IMG/VR virus record: IMGVR_UViG_3300035198_000053
Coordinates: 1-64,000 of that record
Reading direction: 5' to 3' (one strand)
DNA length: 64,000 nucleotides
DNA from: a virus
This document shows positions 54,581 through 64,000 of the stretch, piece after piece. Position 1 is the first letter of the stretch. The number at the start of each line of letters is the position of its first letter. The position numbers were made by a program, and so were the translations under genes. The notes below the pieces were generated by a model that had not been told where the DNA came from, ran no database searches, and was given only the letters and a program-made list of their open reading frames with translations.

Positions 54581-55594
54581 ATGCCACTGACGGCCTCGGA
54601 CGACCTCAAAACCGAAAAGAATAAGACAGAGCAGATTTCAGCATGGCTCAAGCTGTTCAAGGTCGAGGGGCCGTCAAGGACGAACCTGATTCCGTCTTCT
54701 GAGGACTTTACGGGGTGGACAACCTCCAACGCCTCCGTGACGGCAGACCAGGCCGAGGCCCCCGACAGCAACATTACCGGAGACAAGGTCACGATATCCT
54801 CCGCAAATGGATACATCGAATACACCTACACTGAAGCGGACCCGAGGGGTAAAAGTTATACGTTCTCCGTCTTCGCCAAGAAGGGAACGATCAATCCGAA
54901 TTTCAACTCCTTCAGACTGCGCATTTGCCGAGGCTCCGATCTTGAGCCTGTTCTGGCCTACGGAAACCGGATACCGTGGATCCCCTGCTATAACGGATGG
55001 TTGAGGGGTAAGGTGTCGGTCGCGTTCTCCGACCCGACGGCGGGCACCAACGTGAAAGTGTCGGTCCGCGCCTCGAAGACCGGGGATTTTTACCTTTGGG
55101 GAGCGATGCTCGAGGCACTTTCAACCCTGAGCTTCTACCTTCCCACAACCGGCACCGGACGGACCTCCACATACCTGCACTTGGTCGACTTCAACCGCTA
55201 CATCTCCTTCGGCGGCGAGTGCTATTCTCCCTTTCCGATCAAGCTCGACAAGCTGACAGCAGCCACTCAGGGCGCGAGTCCGTCCGTAAGTGTCATGGTA
55301 TCCAACGCCGGGCGGTACTTGACGAGCTATCTTCGGGACAACCAGGGCATGGTAGACAAGACCGTGGAAATAACGTGGGTGAACCGGGCCTTCCTGTCGG
55401 ACCCGGCACTGACTGCGATTACAGAGTCTTTCGAGATCCAGGGGCAGGCGGAAGACTCGGCCACGGAGATGGCCTCTTTCAGCCTGGGAATCGGCAAGGG
55501 CCAAAACATCGAGGGGCCGGTGGGAGATTTCAACCGCTCCTTCGCGCCGTCCATTCCGATCGTGAGCCCGCGCGTGAGCATCGGAATCATCTAA
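54581..55594 (+). CDS. minor tail protein (gpL-like) with carbohydrate-binding insertion
   Basis: EKNK, ISFGGECYSPFPI, VMVSN; RTNLIPSSEDF...WGAMLE insert. Confidence 0.65.
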   Translation: MPLTASDDLKTEKNKTEQISAWLKLFKVEGPSRTNLIPSSEDFTGWTTSNASVTADQAEAPDSNITGDKVTISSANGYIEYTYTEADPRGKSYTFSVFAKKGTINPNFNSFRLRICRGSDLEPVLAYGNRIPWIPCYNGWLRGKVSVAFSDPTAGTNVKVSVRASKTGDFYLWGAMLEALSTLSFYLPTTGTGRTSTYLHLVDFNRYISFGGECYSPFPIKLDKLTAATQGASPSVSVMVSNAGRYLTSYLRDNQGMVDKTVEITWVNRAFLSDPALTAITESFEIQGQAEDSATEMASFSLGIGKGQNIEGPVGDFNRSFAPSIPIVSPRVSIGII

Positions 55595-55606
55595 CCGAGG
55601 CACAAT

Positions 55607-55954
55607 ATGATCACGGCGGACGAGATAATAGACAAATACCTCGGAAAAAGAATAGGAGTGGGGCCCTCGGTCTGCTTCAGATTCGTGAAGGAAGTTCTCC
55701 GGCAGGAGTTCGGCTTTGTCCTCCAAGATGACTATCTGGAGATGCTGGGGAGATTCAAACAGATCCATAGCCCTAAATTGGGGGACATCGTATTAATGAG
55801 AACGCATCCGGTCGTCCCGAACCATGTCGGGATCTACTTGCGCGACGGCAAGTTCATCCATTGCGGGCTAAGGCAATCCGGCGAGGTCGTACTCTCCGAT
55901 GTCAAGGACGTTTTCTATGGCATGAGGATCGTGGCGTTTCTGAGGTACAGATGA
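55607..55954 (+). CDS. NlpC/P60 tail assembly protein (gpK-like)
   Basis: C, GDIVL, HVGIYL..GKFIH. Confidence 0.85.
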   Translation: MITADEIIDKYLGKRIGVGPSVCFRFVKEVLRQEFGFVLQDDYLEMLGRFKQIHSPKLGDIVLMRTHPVVPNHVGIYLRDGKFIHCGLRQSGEVVLSDVKDVFYGMRIVAFLRYR

Positions 55955-58900
55955 TCACAATCCGCTTTCCGCAGGGCATCAAAAAAGAGGGTCGCGTTGA
56001 CTGGGGAGTGGAGAGAAAACCATTCCGTCTGGGCGTTCCCCTCTCCGCATACATCCCTGAAAACCTGAAGTCCCTGCCCGTAAACAGAATTATCTGCTCC
56101 GGCCGCATGATCCCCGAAAAGCCCCCACATGATTTCGTGCCCACCGACCCTAAAGTCTTTGATGCACTCTTTCCCCGCGACGAAGACGAGATAACGATCA
56201 TCCCGGCGATACAGGAACCCGCTTCAGGCTCGATATTACTCAGCATAGCCATCGACCTGGCGATCGCCGCCGCGATGACAGGGCTATCCATCCTCGTCAA
56301 CAAACTGCTTGCTCCCCACCCGCAGAAGACGTCCCTTCCCAACAGTCCCCCCACAACGCAGGGGTGGAATGGCCTTCAAAATACCTACGGGCCGGGCAAC
56401 CCCATACCCGTCATTTTCGGAGAGACCAGATGCCCTGTGGAGGTGCTCTATTGGATCGTCCGGCAGGAATACGTCAAGAAAAACGGCAAGAAAATCGATC
56501 TCTCAAAGACAAAATCATGGGCAATGTTCGGCGGGAGTTTCGGGAGGAAAGTCCACGCGATCTCCAATGTGATGATCAACGGCAACCCGTACACGAACTA
56601 TGGGGACGACGTCGAGGTCTTCACCAGGCTGGGGGCGATAGGACAGTCCGCCGTCCCGGGATTCAACGAGCAGGGCGTCACCTACGAAGTAGACACTGAG
56701 ATCACGGATGGTGGCCCATTTACTTACACAACCACGGGGACGAACCTCACGGCCCTTGAACTGCTCTTCAGCGCCCCTCAGGGCATAGCCCAGATAGACG
56801 GGAACGGGAACATCCGCGCCTACAAGGTCAAGTACACGGTGCGGTATAAGAAACACTCCCTATCCGTGCCTCCAGGCTCATGGACCGACCTCGGGGAGCA
56901 CGAGGCCTCCGCGAACACGACGAATATCTGCCGCTGGAACAAAAGGATCGACGAGCTCGACGAGGATCGATACGATGTCGAGTTGCAGCGGACCTCGGCG
57001 ATCGGGACATCCAAGTTCGGGCAGCTTTTCCTGCACAGTGTAACCGAGTTCACCGAAACAGAGGCCCTGGCCTATGAGGGGCTCTCGACGGTCTGGATCA
57101 AGGCACTTGCGGCCGAGGGGCTGTCGGACCAGCCCTTCACGGTGACGGCGGACATCCAGGGGATAGAGTGTCCGATCTGGGATCGCGACACCGGTTTGTG
57201 GACAACAAACGTCTATTACACCGACAACCCCGCCGCGCATTGCCGGGAGATCATGGCCAACGACGAGGTGATCAAATGCAACGGAGTGGACCTTCCTCCG
57301 TGGGGGTTTGGCCCGTGGTGCGGCGCGGGAAAGATAGACGATGACTCATGGGGTGCGTTCTACGAATACTGCGCGGAGGCAAACCTTCTGACTTGGTCTG
57401 AGAAGTTCGATGACGACGACTGGGTCAAGACCGACATGACTGTCACGCCGGATGCGGGCACGGCCCCGAATGACCCCGACGACCTGACCTTCTGCCAGAC
57501 TCTGACGGCTACCGGGGCAAACGCGACGATCCTCCAGGCATATTCAGGGGCAAGCGCCGAAAGAACTTTTTCGGTCTATCTCAAAAGAAAGACGGGGACC
57601 GGAAATATCCAAATCACCCAGGACGGGGGGTCGAGCTGGGAGACGGTGACGATCACGAACACGGATTTTACCCGCGTGGACATGACCGATGCGGTCTCGA
57701 ATCCCTCCGTGGGAATCAGGATTGTCGCAAGCGGAGATGAGATCTACGCCTTCGGGGCGATGCTCAATATTGGGGACGCGCCGTTCTCCTACCTCGCCTC
57801 CGATGCCGTGGGCGGGATCCCAAGGCACAGCAACAATCTAGTTTGGAACTCCCGCAAAACCATGGACGGGATACTTGACGACATACTGTTCGCCTCCAGG
57901 GGGAAGAAATCCCGTTTCCGGGGAAAGTGGAGGGTTTCCCCGCGCAGACTTAGCGACCCGTCGCAGAAGTTCAACAGCGGGAATCTTATCGCGTGCCAGA
58001 TGGAGCGCGGGAAGGAGATCCGCGACTACAATGCTCTGCAGGTGACGTACATATCCAAGGACCAGAACTATACGCCCACGTCGTTTCAGGCCGACCTTGG
58101 GATCTCCCCGCTGAAAGTCAAGAATATATCGGTCTACGGCATCAACAATGCCAGGGAGGCGTATCGACTTGCCCGCTTCCTCTTGAATCTTGCCTACTAT
58201 ACCATCGAACGGCCCAAACTGAAGGCCTCCATCGACGCCATCCTCTGCATGCCGGGGGACACGATCCGGTTCAGTGATGCGGCTGCGGGGATCGGGATAT
58301 ACGACGGGCGTGTGAAGTACGACTCGACCGTCCTGGATACTGTTCGGGTTGAACAGCAGTTGACAGCGGAGGCTGGAAAGACCTACCAAGTGGTCATTCG
58401 GTACTCCGGCGGGGCAAACCCGGATCTGATTGAGACAAGGGACGTTGCTACCGTGTCGGGGGATATTGTGACTGTAGTTCCAAATTTCACGCAACTACCG
58501 AAACGGGGGGACCTGATCACGTTCGGGGAGACACACCTCGTTACCAAGACCTATTGGGTGGACGATTGGGCAAGCGCCGACGAGGAGGTCATCGACCTAG
58601 TGTGCTCGGAAGAGAACTCCCTGATTTATAACGACTGGGGGACGCCTCCGGTGGAGGAGGCTGCCTCATACCCATATGCAGACGTTCCTCCGAACCAGAT
58701 CCAGACCATGAACGTGACCGAGGAAACCTACATGAGTCAGGACGGGCAGTGGACGACGAATCTCAGACTCTTCTGGCAGATGCCGGCCGCGGACCCCGAC
58801 AAGGGGTTCTACCGCTCCGCAAATCTCTATTACTCTATCCCGGATTTGATCGAATACCTGGGGACCTTCGAGTCAGGCGAGACGTGGAGTGGGGGCGCGG

Positions 58901-60063
58901 CGGACACCACATGGCCCGAGTTCCGCGAGCGGGAGGGCACGAGGAGCAGGAAAATCGCACCCACCACCGACGGGAACTGGATCCAATCCGAAAGGACCGA
59001 CTGCTCTCCGTTCGACCTCTCCGGAAGCGCGGATTTCGTCTGCTCGGTCTGGTGTTACATTAACGAGATCCTGAAGGCGTATAATGGCAACTGCGTTGGA
59101 ATAGTCCTCAAAACCGATGAATCAAATTATTTCTTGAAGGAGTTCAACCGTAACAGCCTTGACTCGGGTTGGCAACTTCTGATAGCAACAAAGGCCGAGC
59201 TTGAGGCCGGACAGATAGGCTCCCCGGATTGGGCCTCGGTCATTCCGGTGGTGGAGTTCAGGCGCGGCAAATCGGGAGGATATGCCTGCTTCGACACCTT
59301 CCGCTGTGTGGGGTCTCCGAGCTGGATCTTCCTCGACAGCGCGCCCGGTACTGACTACTACTGGCCGAACGCTCAGCAGGGCACCTTCTTCCTCTTCAAA
59401 GCGGAGGCAGTCTCCGGCCTCGGCGCCGTGAATACGGTCAACCCGCCGTATGCGGGGATCCTCACCATGGGCAAGACGGACTACCCAACCGATGTTGTGT
59501 TTGATGATGTCAACAGCAACTTCGACGGGGAATACCCGGTAATAGAATGGTCGGAGATCACCGACGCGGACCTTCAGGGCGTTGAACTTAGGTATGGAGC
59601 CTCCTGGGCGGAGGGGACGAAAATAGACCTCTTTTCTAAAAAAACGACCAAATTCAAATGGATCAAGTACAAGGCGGAGTACGGATCCAGCGGGGGGAGA
59701 GTCGTCACGGTCTGGGGCAAGGCTCTGGACAACTATGGCAACTATTCCCTTGCGGAGGATTCGATTACTCTGATCAACCCAGCCGAAGACATGTCCGGCA
59801 TCACAATCACGGTGAAGTCGGTTAGGCACGGGACAAAGAAAAATTACACGATCGGATGGGCATCTTACAGCCTCCCGCCGGACCATGACCACTGCGATGT
59901 TTATGGATCCGCGGAGGCTACCTGCACTATCACGGACGCCAACAAGCTAATTCCCGGAGTAAAAGGAAAGTCTGCGTCCATAATTGGGCTTCCCGCTGGC
60001 ATTGTGTACGACTGGCGGGTTGTCGGGGCGGACGTGTTCGGGGACGGAACGCCAACCAATTAG
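55951..60063 (+). CDS. central tail tip / host-specificity protein (gpI-J-like)
   Basis: PIPVIFGE, TDNPA, PGDTI, FN3-like C-terminus. Confidence 0.85.
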   Translation: MITIRFPQGIKKEGRVDWGVERKPFRLGVPLSAYIPENLKSLPVNRIICSGRMIPEKPPHDFVPTDPKVFDALFPRDEDEITIIPAIQEPASGSILLSIAIDLAIAAAMTGLSILVNKLLAPHPQKTSLPNSPPTTQGWNGLQNTYGPGNPIPVIFGETRCPVEVLYWIVRQEYVKKNGKKIDLSKTKSWAMFGGSFGRKVHAISNVMINGNPYTNYGDDVEVFTRLGAIGQSAVPGFNEQGVTYEVDTEITDGGPFTYTTTGTNLTALELLFSAPQGIAQIDGNGNIRAYKVKYTVRYKKHSLSVPPGSWTDLGEHEASANTTNICRWNKRIDELDEDRYDVELQRTSAIGTSKFGQLFLHSVTEFTETEALAYEGLSTVWIKALAAEGLSDQPFTVTADIQGIECPIWDRDTGLWTTNVYYTDNPAAHCREIMANDEVIKCNGVDLPPWGFGPWCGAGKIDDDSWGAFYEYCAEANLLTWSEKFDDDDWVKTDMTVTPDAGTAPNDPDDLTFCQTLTATGANATILQAYSGASAERTFSVYLKRKTGTGNIQITQDGGSSWETVTITNTDFTRVDMTDAVSNPSVGIRIVASGDEIYAFGAMLNIGDAPFSYLASDAVGGIPRHSNNLVWNSRKTMDGILDDILFASRGKKSRFRGKWRVSPRRLSDPSQKFNSGNLIACQMERGKEIRDYNALQVTYISKDQNYTPTSFQADLGISPLKVKNISVYGINNAREAYRLARFLLNLAYYTIERPKLKASIDAILCMPGDTIRFSDAAAGIGIYDGRVKYDSTVLDTVRVEQQLTAEAGKTYQVVIRYSGGANPDLIETRDVATVSGDIVTVVPNFTQLPKRGDLITFGETHLVTKTYWVDDWASADEEVIDLVCSEENSLIYNDWGTPPVEEAASYPYADVPPNQIQTMNVTEETYMSQDGQWTTNLRLFWQMPAADPDKGFYRSANLYYSIPDLIEYLGTFESGETWSGGAADTTWPEFREREGTRSRKIAPTTDGNWIQSERTDCSPFDLSGSADFVCSVWCYINEILKAYNGNCVGIVLKTDESNYFLKEFNRNSLDSGWQLLIATKAELEAGQIGSPDWASVIPVVEFRRGKSGGYACFDTFRCVGSPSWIFLDSAPGTDYYWPNAQQGTFFLFKAEAVSGLGAVNTVNPPYAGILTMGKTDYPTDVVFDDVNSNFDGEYPVIEWSEITDADLQGVELRYGASWAEGTKIDLFSKKTTKFKWIKYKAEYGSSGGRVVTVWGKALDNYGNYSLAEDSITLINPAEDMSGITITVKSVRHGTKKNYTIGWASYSLPPDHDHCDVYGSAEATCTITDANKLIPGVKGKSASIIGLPAGIVYDWRVVGADVFGDGTPTN

Positions 60064-60078
60064 AACAGGAAAATATCA

Positions 60079-61338
60079 ATGACTAAAGAGTCAGAGGCCG
60101 AAATCGCGAGGCTGAGGGTGACGGCAGGCCCTCCGGATTCATCCGAGGCGGAGATCACGACCGAGATCATGCCTCAACTCATCAACTGCGATTCGCTGAC
60201 GGGCTGGTCCGTAGAATCCGGCGCGGGGGTCACGGTTGAGCTCGACACGTCCGAGAACGTCGAGGGGACAGGCTCGATCAAGATCACCGTGCCCGAGGCC
60301 ATTACGGGCGTTGTGAAGTATACAAAACCGACCGGAAGTTGGGACTTGTCAGGCCAAGGCATGCTAAAAATCTCTATCAGGGTGGACGGTCTGCATATTG
60401 AGGGGGCGACCACTGACGACGTGGCTCTCTGCTTTGGCGAGACTGCCTACAACGAACAGACCAAAGAGCTGCTCGATGTGCCCTACGCAGGATGGACGGA
60501 CTATTTCTGGAACATCAAACCCATCGCCGACGCATCGAAGAACGCGGTAACGATATTCGCAGTCAGAATCCAAAATACCGGGACGGGGGCAATGACCGTG
60601 AGGGTCGATGACGTCCGTCTGCTTTCTTCAACCCGCGTAGAGATCATGAGGCCGGAGGGATTGACGCGCCTTTTTCCAATCGAGTTATCAAGAGATCCCA
60701 CGGTCGCATTCGAGTTCCTGGAAGACTTCCTGGCGTTCTGGGACGACACCGGGAATGGCATTCTCCATGCAGACAAACTCTGGACCTATGTCGCACCTCC
60801 AATCGCTCTGGCAGCCGTGGGGGGGAAGATAGAACTAACCGGCACCAGCGGGGCAAGCAATGCAATGCATCCGCTAGGCCAGGACGCGCTCAAGCCTTTC
60901 CAGGTGCTAGGGCTGACAATACGGGTAATGGTGCGGCAGGCTCAGTATGGGAGCGGGGCTTCCACGCGCCGGATAGGATTGGCGGATGGAGATCTCGATG
61001 CGGACCCTGTGAACGGAATCTTCTTCCGGTATGACGACGGAGGGGATTATTACGGCGTCTGCAGGGCGGCGAGTGCCGAGTCATCCGTATCGACATCGGG
61101 GTACGCGGCGGCCAATGGGGTCCAGGACGACCTGATGATCGAGATCACGAAAGACGTTGTAACAGAGATCCCGTACTACGCAACGCCTCGAATCAACTTC
61201 TATGTAAATAGTTATTTGATCGGCTCGATTACGGACAACATCCCGAGCGTGGGCCTCTATTTTAGCCTGGGGACGAGCAATATACACGTGACCCGAGGGC
61301 TTGATCTTGATTATGTCCACATAGTCCAGGAGCGCTGA
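60079..61338 (+). CDS. tail-associated beta-sandwich protein
   Basis: EGTGSIK, FLEDF, LDLDYV; position. Confidence 0.6.
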   Translation: MTKESEAEIARLRVTAGPPDSSEAEITTEIMPQLINCDSLTGWSVESGAGVTVELDTSENVEGTGSIKITVPEAITGVVKYTKPTGSWDLSGQGMLKISIRVDGLHIEGATTDDVALCFGETAYNEQTKELLDVPYAGWTDYFWNIKPIADASKNAVTIFAVRIQNTGTGAMTVRVDDVRLLSSTRVEIMRPEGLTRLFPIELSRDPTVAFEFLEDFLAFWDDTGNGILHADKLWTYVAPPIALAAVGGKIELTGTSGASNAMHPLGQDALKPFQVLGLTIRVMVRQAQYGSGASTRRIGLADGDLDADPVNGIFFRYDDGGDYYGVCRAASAESSVSTSGYAAANGVQDDLMIEITKDVVTEIPYYATPRINFYVNSYLIGSITDNIPSVGLYFSLGTSNIHVTRGLDLDYVHIVQER

Positions 61339-61366
61339 ACAACCACGAGTATTTGGGACGACTAAC

Positions 61367-61756
61367 ATGATCCTCAAGCATTTCCGGCGGCAGCAGACAA
61401 CTGAGAGCGTGATCGGCGAAATCTACATTGACTCCCCGAGAGAGTGCTTCACGCTTGAAGACGCGAAGACGCTCTATCCTGACGGAGAGTACTCAATCGC
61501 CCTTTACGCCTCTCCCAGAAACAAGAGGATGGTCGCCCTCTTACTCAACGTCCCTGGCCATACCTATATCGAGATCCACATCGGAAACTCCGCGAAGGAC
61601 GTGGAGGGGTGCGTCGCCGTCGGGACGTCGCGCTCCCCGAACTGGATCGGAAACTCGGAGCTGGCCTTCCTGCGGCTAATCAACAAAATACACATAGCCA
61701 TACAGGGAGGGGAGCAGGTCCTCATCCAGACGAAGACCGAATTGTTTCCAGATTAG
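61367..61756 (+). CDS. DUF5675-family protein, candidate endolysin
   Basis: CFTLE, G.Y, NVPG...IEIHIGN..KD.EGC.AVG. Confidence 0.75.
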   Translation: MILKHFRRQQTTESVIGEIYIDSPRECFTLEDAKTLYPDGEYSIALYASPRNKRMVALLLNVPGHTYIEIHIGNSAKDVEGCVAVGTSRSPNWIGNSELAFLRLINKIHIAIQGGEQVLIQTKTELFPD

Positions 61757-61774
61757 AAATGAAAGGAGAGATCT

Positions 61775-62488
61775 ATGAACAGCGAAATTGTAATAGGAGG
61801 GTTCACACTGGCGGCAGTTCTCACCGCGTTGCAGGGGGTCATCTATCAGGCATTTGCGATTCCCGATAAGCTGAAGCCCGCGATCTCCGGCATCCTGGGC
61901 GTCGCCATGGGGCTGGTGGCGATGTGGGGCACGCAGACATATCCCTATTCCCCAGCCGTGATTCTCGCCTTCACCGTTGGCGGATTCATGACGGCGGCGG
62001 CGTCTTCGGGGATCTACTCCTGGATAAAGCCCAGAAACGGGGACGTGAGAAAGATCGTGCCGATCGTGCTGCTTCTGATAATGTTTGGAACGATGTCTGG
62101 ATGCGCGACCCTCGGCAAGCTCGACGTGAAGGCCGACAAGGACTTTTATCAAGGCTTTAAGGCCGCCGCGATGCAGAAGGCTGCAAGCTGGCCTATAAAG
62201 GCTGGCTGTTTCGATGGGTGGGGGGGATTTAATCCCGCGCCTGCGCCGACAGCGCAAGACCCTATGATCCTGCGGTCCCTGGACGAGCTGAAGAAACTTT
62301 TGAGCACGCAGTCGGTATCCGTGGAGATGGCCGCGATCAAGGAGAAATTCGGAGACAAATGGAGCCTTGAGGATTACAACCTCGGCTATATCTACTGCGC
62401 CCAACTGAAGGTGGGAATGCAAACGGGGATATCCACAGCTCAGGATACCATCCCCATTATCATAAAGATCATCGGGATGTTTCAGTGA
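61775..62488 (+). CDS. holin-like membrane protein fused to a lipoprotein-like segment
   Basis: Three N-terminal TMs, AASSGIYSW, then RKIVPIVLLLIMFGTMSGC. Confidence 0.55.
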   Translation: MNSEIVIGGFTLAAVLTALQGVIYQAFAIPDKLKPAISGILGVAMGLVAMWGTQTYPYSPAVILAFTVGGFMTAAASSGIYSWIKPRNGDVRKIVPIVLLLIMFGTMSGCATLGKLDVKADKDFYQGFKAAAMQKAASWPIKAGCFDGWGGFNPAPAPTAQDPMILRSLDELKKLLSTQSVSVEMAAIKEKFGDKWSLEDYNLGYIYCAQLKVGMQTGISTAQDTIPIIIKIIGMFQ

Positions 62489-62514
62489 ATATGCCGTAGA
62501 GGTTTAGAGCAAAA

Positions 62515-62946
62515 ATGGAAGACCTTAAAGAGCACATAGGGACCGTCCTTGCGATTAGCGCCGGCATGTGGGGGGTGATTGTCATCCTTGCCGGAGTGAT
62601 ATGGCGGCAACTCCGGGAGGAGTCCAGAAGGTTCCCCGAATGGCTCACCGAAGTAAACAAACAGGGGGGCATAGTAACCTCCAATAGACTGCACGACGAT
62701 CTGAAGGCCCACGATGAAGCCTACAACAAATTTGTGACACAAGTGACGGTTCAGATAGCCACGTCTGAACAGCATCAAAAGGACGTGTTGGACCGCACGG
62801 AAAGACACTTCAAGGATCTTATCGAAGGCCAGGGGAAACTCATATCCAGGCTTCAAGAGATACAGAATATGGTTATGGAAAATCAGAATCAGTTGCGGCA
62901 AGACATGCAAAACGTAGCATTGGCGATAAACAAGAAAAATAACTGA
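62515..62946 (+). CDS. single-TM coiled-coil protein (lysis region)
   Basis: N-terminal TM, coiled-coil tail. Confidence 0.55.
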   Translation: MEDLKEHIGTVLAISAGMWGVIVILAGVIWRQLREESRRFPEWLTEVNKQGGIVTSNRLHDDLKAHDEAYNKFVTQVTVQIATSEQHQKDVLDRTERHFKDLIEGQGKLISRLQEIQNMVMENQNQLRQDMQNVALAINKKNN

Positions 62947-62992
62947 CGGAGAATGCGGAGCTTTGAAATGTCTTGGTTCGAAGTGTACTGAT

Positions 62993-63619
62993 ATGCCTCA
63001 AAAGACAATCCCAATAACCTGCGAGGGCGCTGGCCTGATCGACTTCTCATCCCTTGAACCTTTCCAGGACAACCTCAAGGATCTTCACAAAACCGAGTTT
63101 GAAAAGCTAAGGCAGTCGATCATAAAATACGGCATTTCAGCGCCGTTCTTTGTTTGGGGCAACAAGTGCCTCGATGGGCATCAGAGAATTCGGGTCATCT
63201 CGGAAATGCTCAAAGAGGGCTACATCCTCAAAGACGGAAAAGTCCCGTTCGTGGAGATCGAGGCCAAGAACAAGAAGGAGGCCAAGGAAAAGATTCTACT
63301 ATTCGCGTCTGTGTACGGCAGAGTGACGCCCGAATCTCTTTATGAGTTCATGTCTCTCGAAAGTATTTCCATCGACGACATCAAAATTGATGTGGAACTC
63401 CCGGAGATCGACTTTGAGAAGTTTGAGACAGAGTTCTTTGATAGAGAAAATGTCAGAACAGAGGAAAGCGACTATTATACGTTGATGTTCAAATTTCAAA
63501 AAGACGATGCTGCTTACGTGCAAGAATTGCTTCATAGAAATCGAGAACAACATAACGAGCAGATAGATCAACAATGGAGGGAAAGATGTCTTTTGAGACT
63601 TTTAAAAAATATGGATTGA
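62993..63619 (+). CDS. ParB/Srx-like N-terminal domain protein
   Basis: PFQDNLK, LRQSIIKYG..P, LDGHQR. Confidence 0.8.
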   Translation: MPQKTIPITCEGAGLIDFSSLEPFQDNLKDLHKTEFEKLRQSIIKYGISAPFFVWGNKCLDGHQRIRVISEMLKEGYILKDGKVPFVEIEAKNKKEAKEKILLFASVYGRVTPESLYEFMSLESISIDDIKIDVELPEIDFEKFETEFFDRENVRTEESDYYTLMFKFQKDDAAYVQELLHRNREQHNEQIDQQWRERCLLRLLKNMD

Positions 63620-64000
63620 TCTTCAGAGAGGCAGTCAAAGAAGATTTTCCGAAAATTCTTGCTTTCGTGGATATTTTTCTTAGGAGAGATTATTTTCTTC
63701 GGCGCTCAGAACTTTTTACAAAGATGGAAATGGCGACAATGATCATCGTATTTCATAATGATAAATTGGTAGCATTAGCGGTGATGGGGAAAAATAAAAC
63801 GTTGTGGCATTTGCTTGTTCATCCGAAATATAGAGGAAAACATATCGGAGAGACATTAGTACAAAAACTTCGCCCTGAAATTATACGCTCTAAATTAGAT
63901 CAAAGCACGGGAGATCCAACAGGATTTTACGAAAAAATTGGATATCGAATTGAAGCGAGCAAAAAGGGGAGAAAAAGAAACATCAACATTATGGAGAGAG
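63616..64000 (+). CDS. GNAT acetyltransferase, truncated by the window end
   Basis: Not in the ORF track; hand translation gives LLVHPKYRGKHIG and GFYEKIGY. Confidence 0.75.
   Translation, partial: MIFREAVKEDFPKILAFVDIFLRRDYFLRRSELFTKMEMATMIIVFHNDKLVALAVMGKNKTLWHLLVHPKYRGKHIGETLVQKLRPEIIRSKLDQSTGDPTGFYEKIGYRIEASKKGRKRNINIMER

Noticed and set aside
1-64000. Integrase, att sites, IS elements or host-genome boundary
   Set aside because: None recognised; the glycan genes are interleaved with phage core genes, so they are not flanking host DNA

Overview
A 64-kb segment of a lambda/HK97-like tailed phage (siphovirus) or prophage. Essentially all genes lie on the + strand. The host cannot be determined from sequence alone. 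Order: RusA resolvase; a Gp37Gp68/DUF5131 radical-SAM-like gene that begins with an orphan C-terminal intein fragment; TerS-like HTH and TerL; a ~14-kb glycan cassette I (two split GT-C-like membrane proteins, DegT aminotransferase, two radical SAM/SPASM enzymes, AsnB amidotransferase, WbqC, RmlB-like dehydratase, DPM1-like GT2), interrupted by a dual-reading-frame C5 DNA methyltransferase and an HNH gene; a structured ~450-nt non-coding region; an intein-containing portal-MuF fusion; ~10 kb of signal-peptide-bearing proteins, including a 2055-aa Asn-rich repeat protein; an HNH homing endonuclease sitting between a stub and a full copy of the prohead-protease N-terminus; protease and major capsid; a ~6.6-kb glycan cassette II (GT4, methyltransferase, GT2, GT9, deacetylase and others); neck and tail genes with a -1 frameshift chaperone; lysis genes; ParB-like and GNAT genes. 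The strongest candidate new system is the combination, inside the morphogenesis operon, of sugar synthesis, lipid-linked and soluble glycosyltransferases, and exported sequon-rich fibre-like proteins. All family calls are by motif recognition without database searches.
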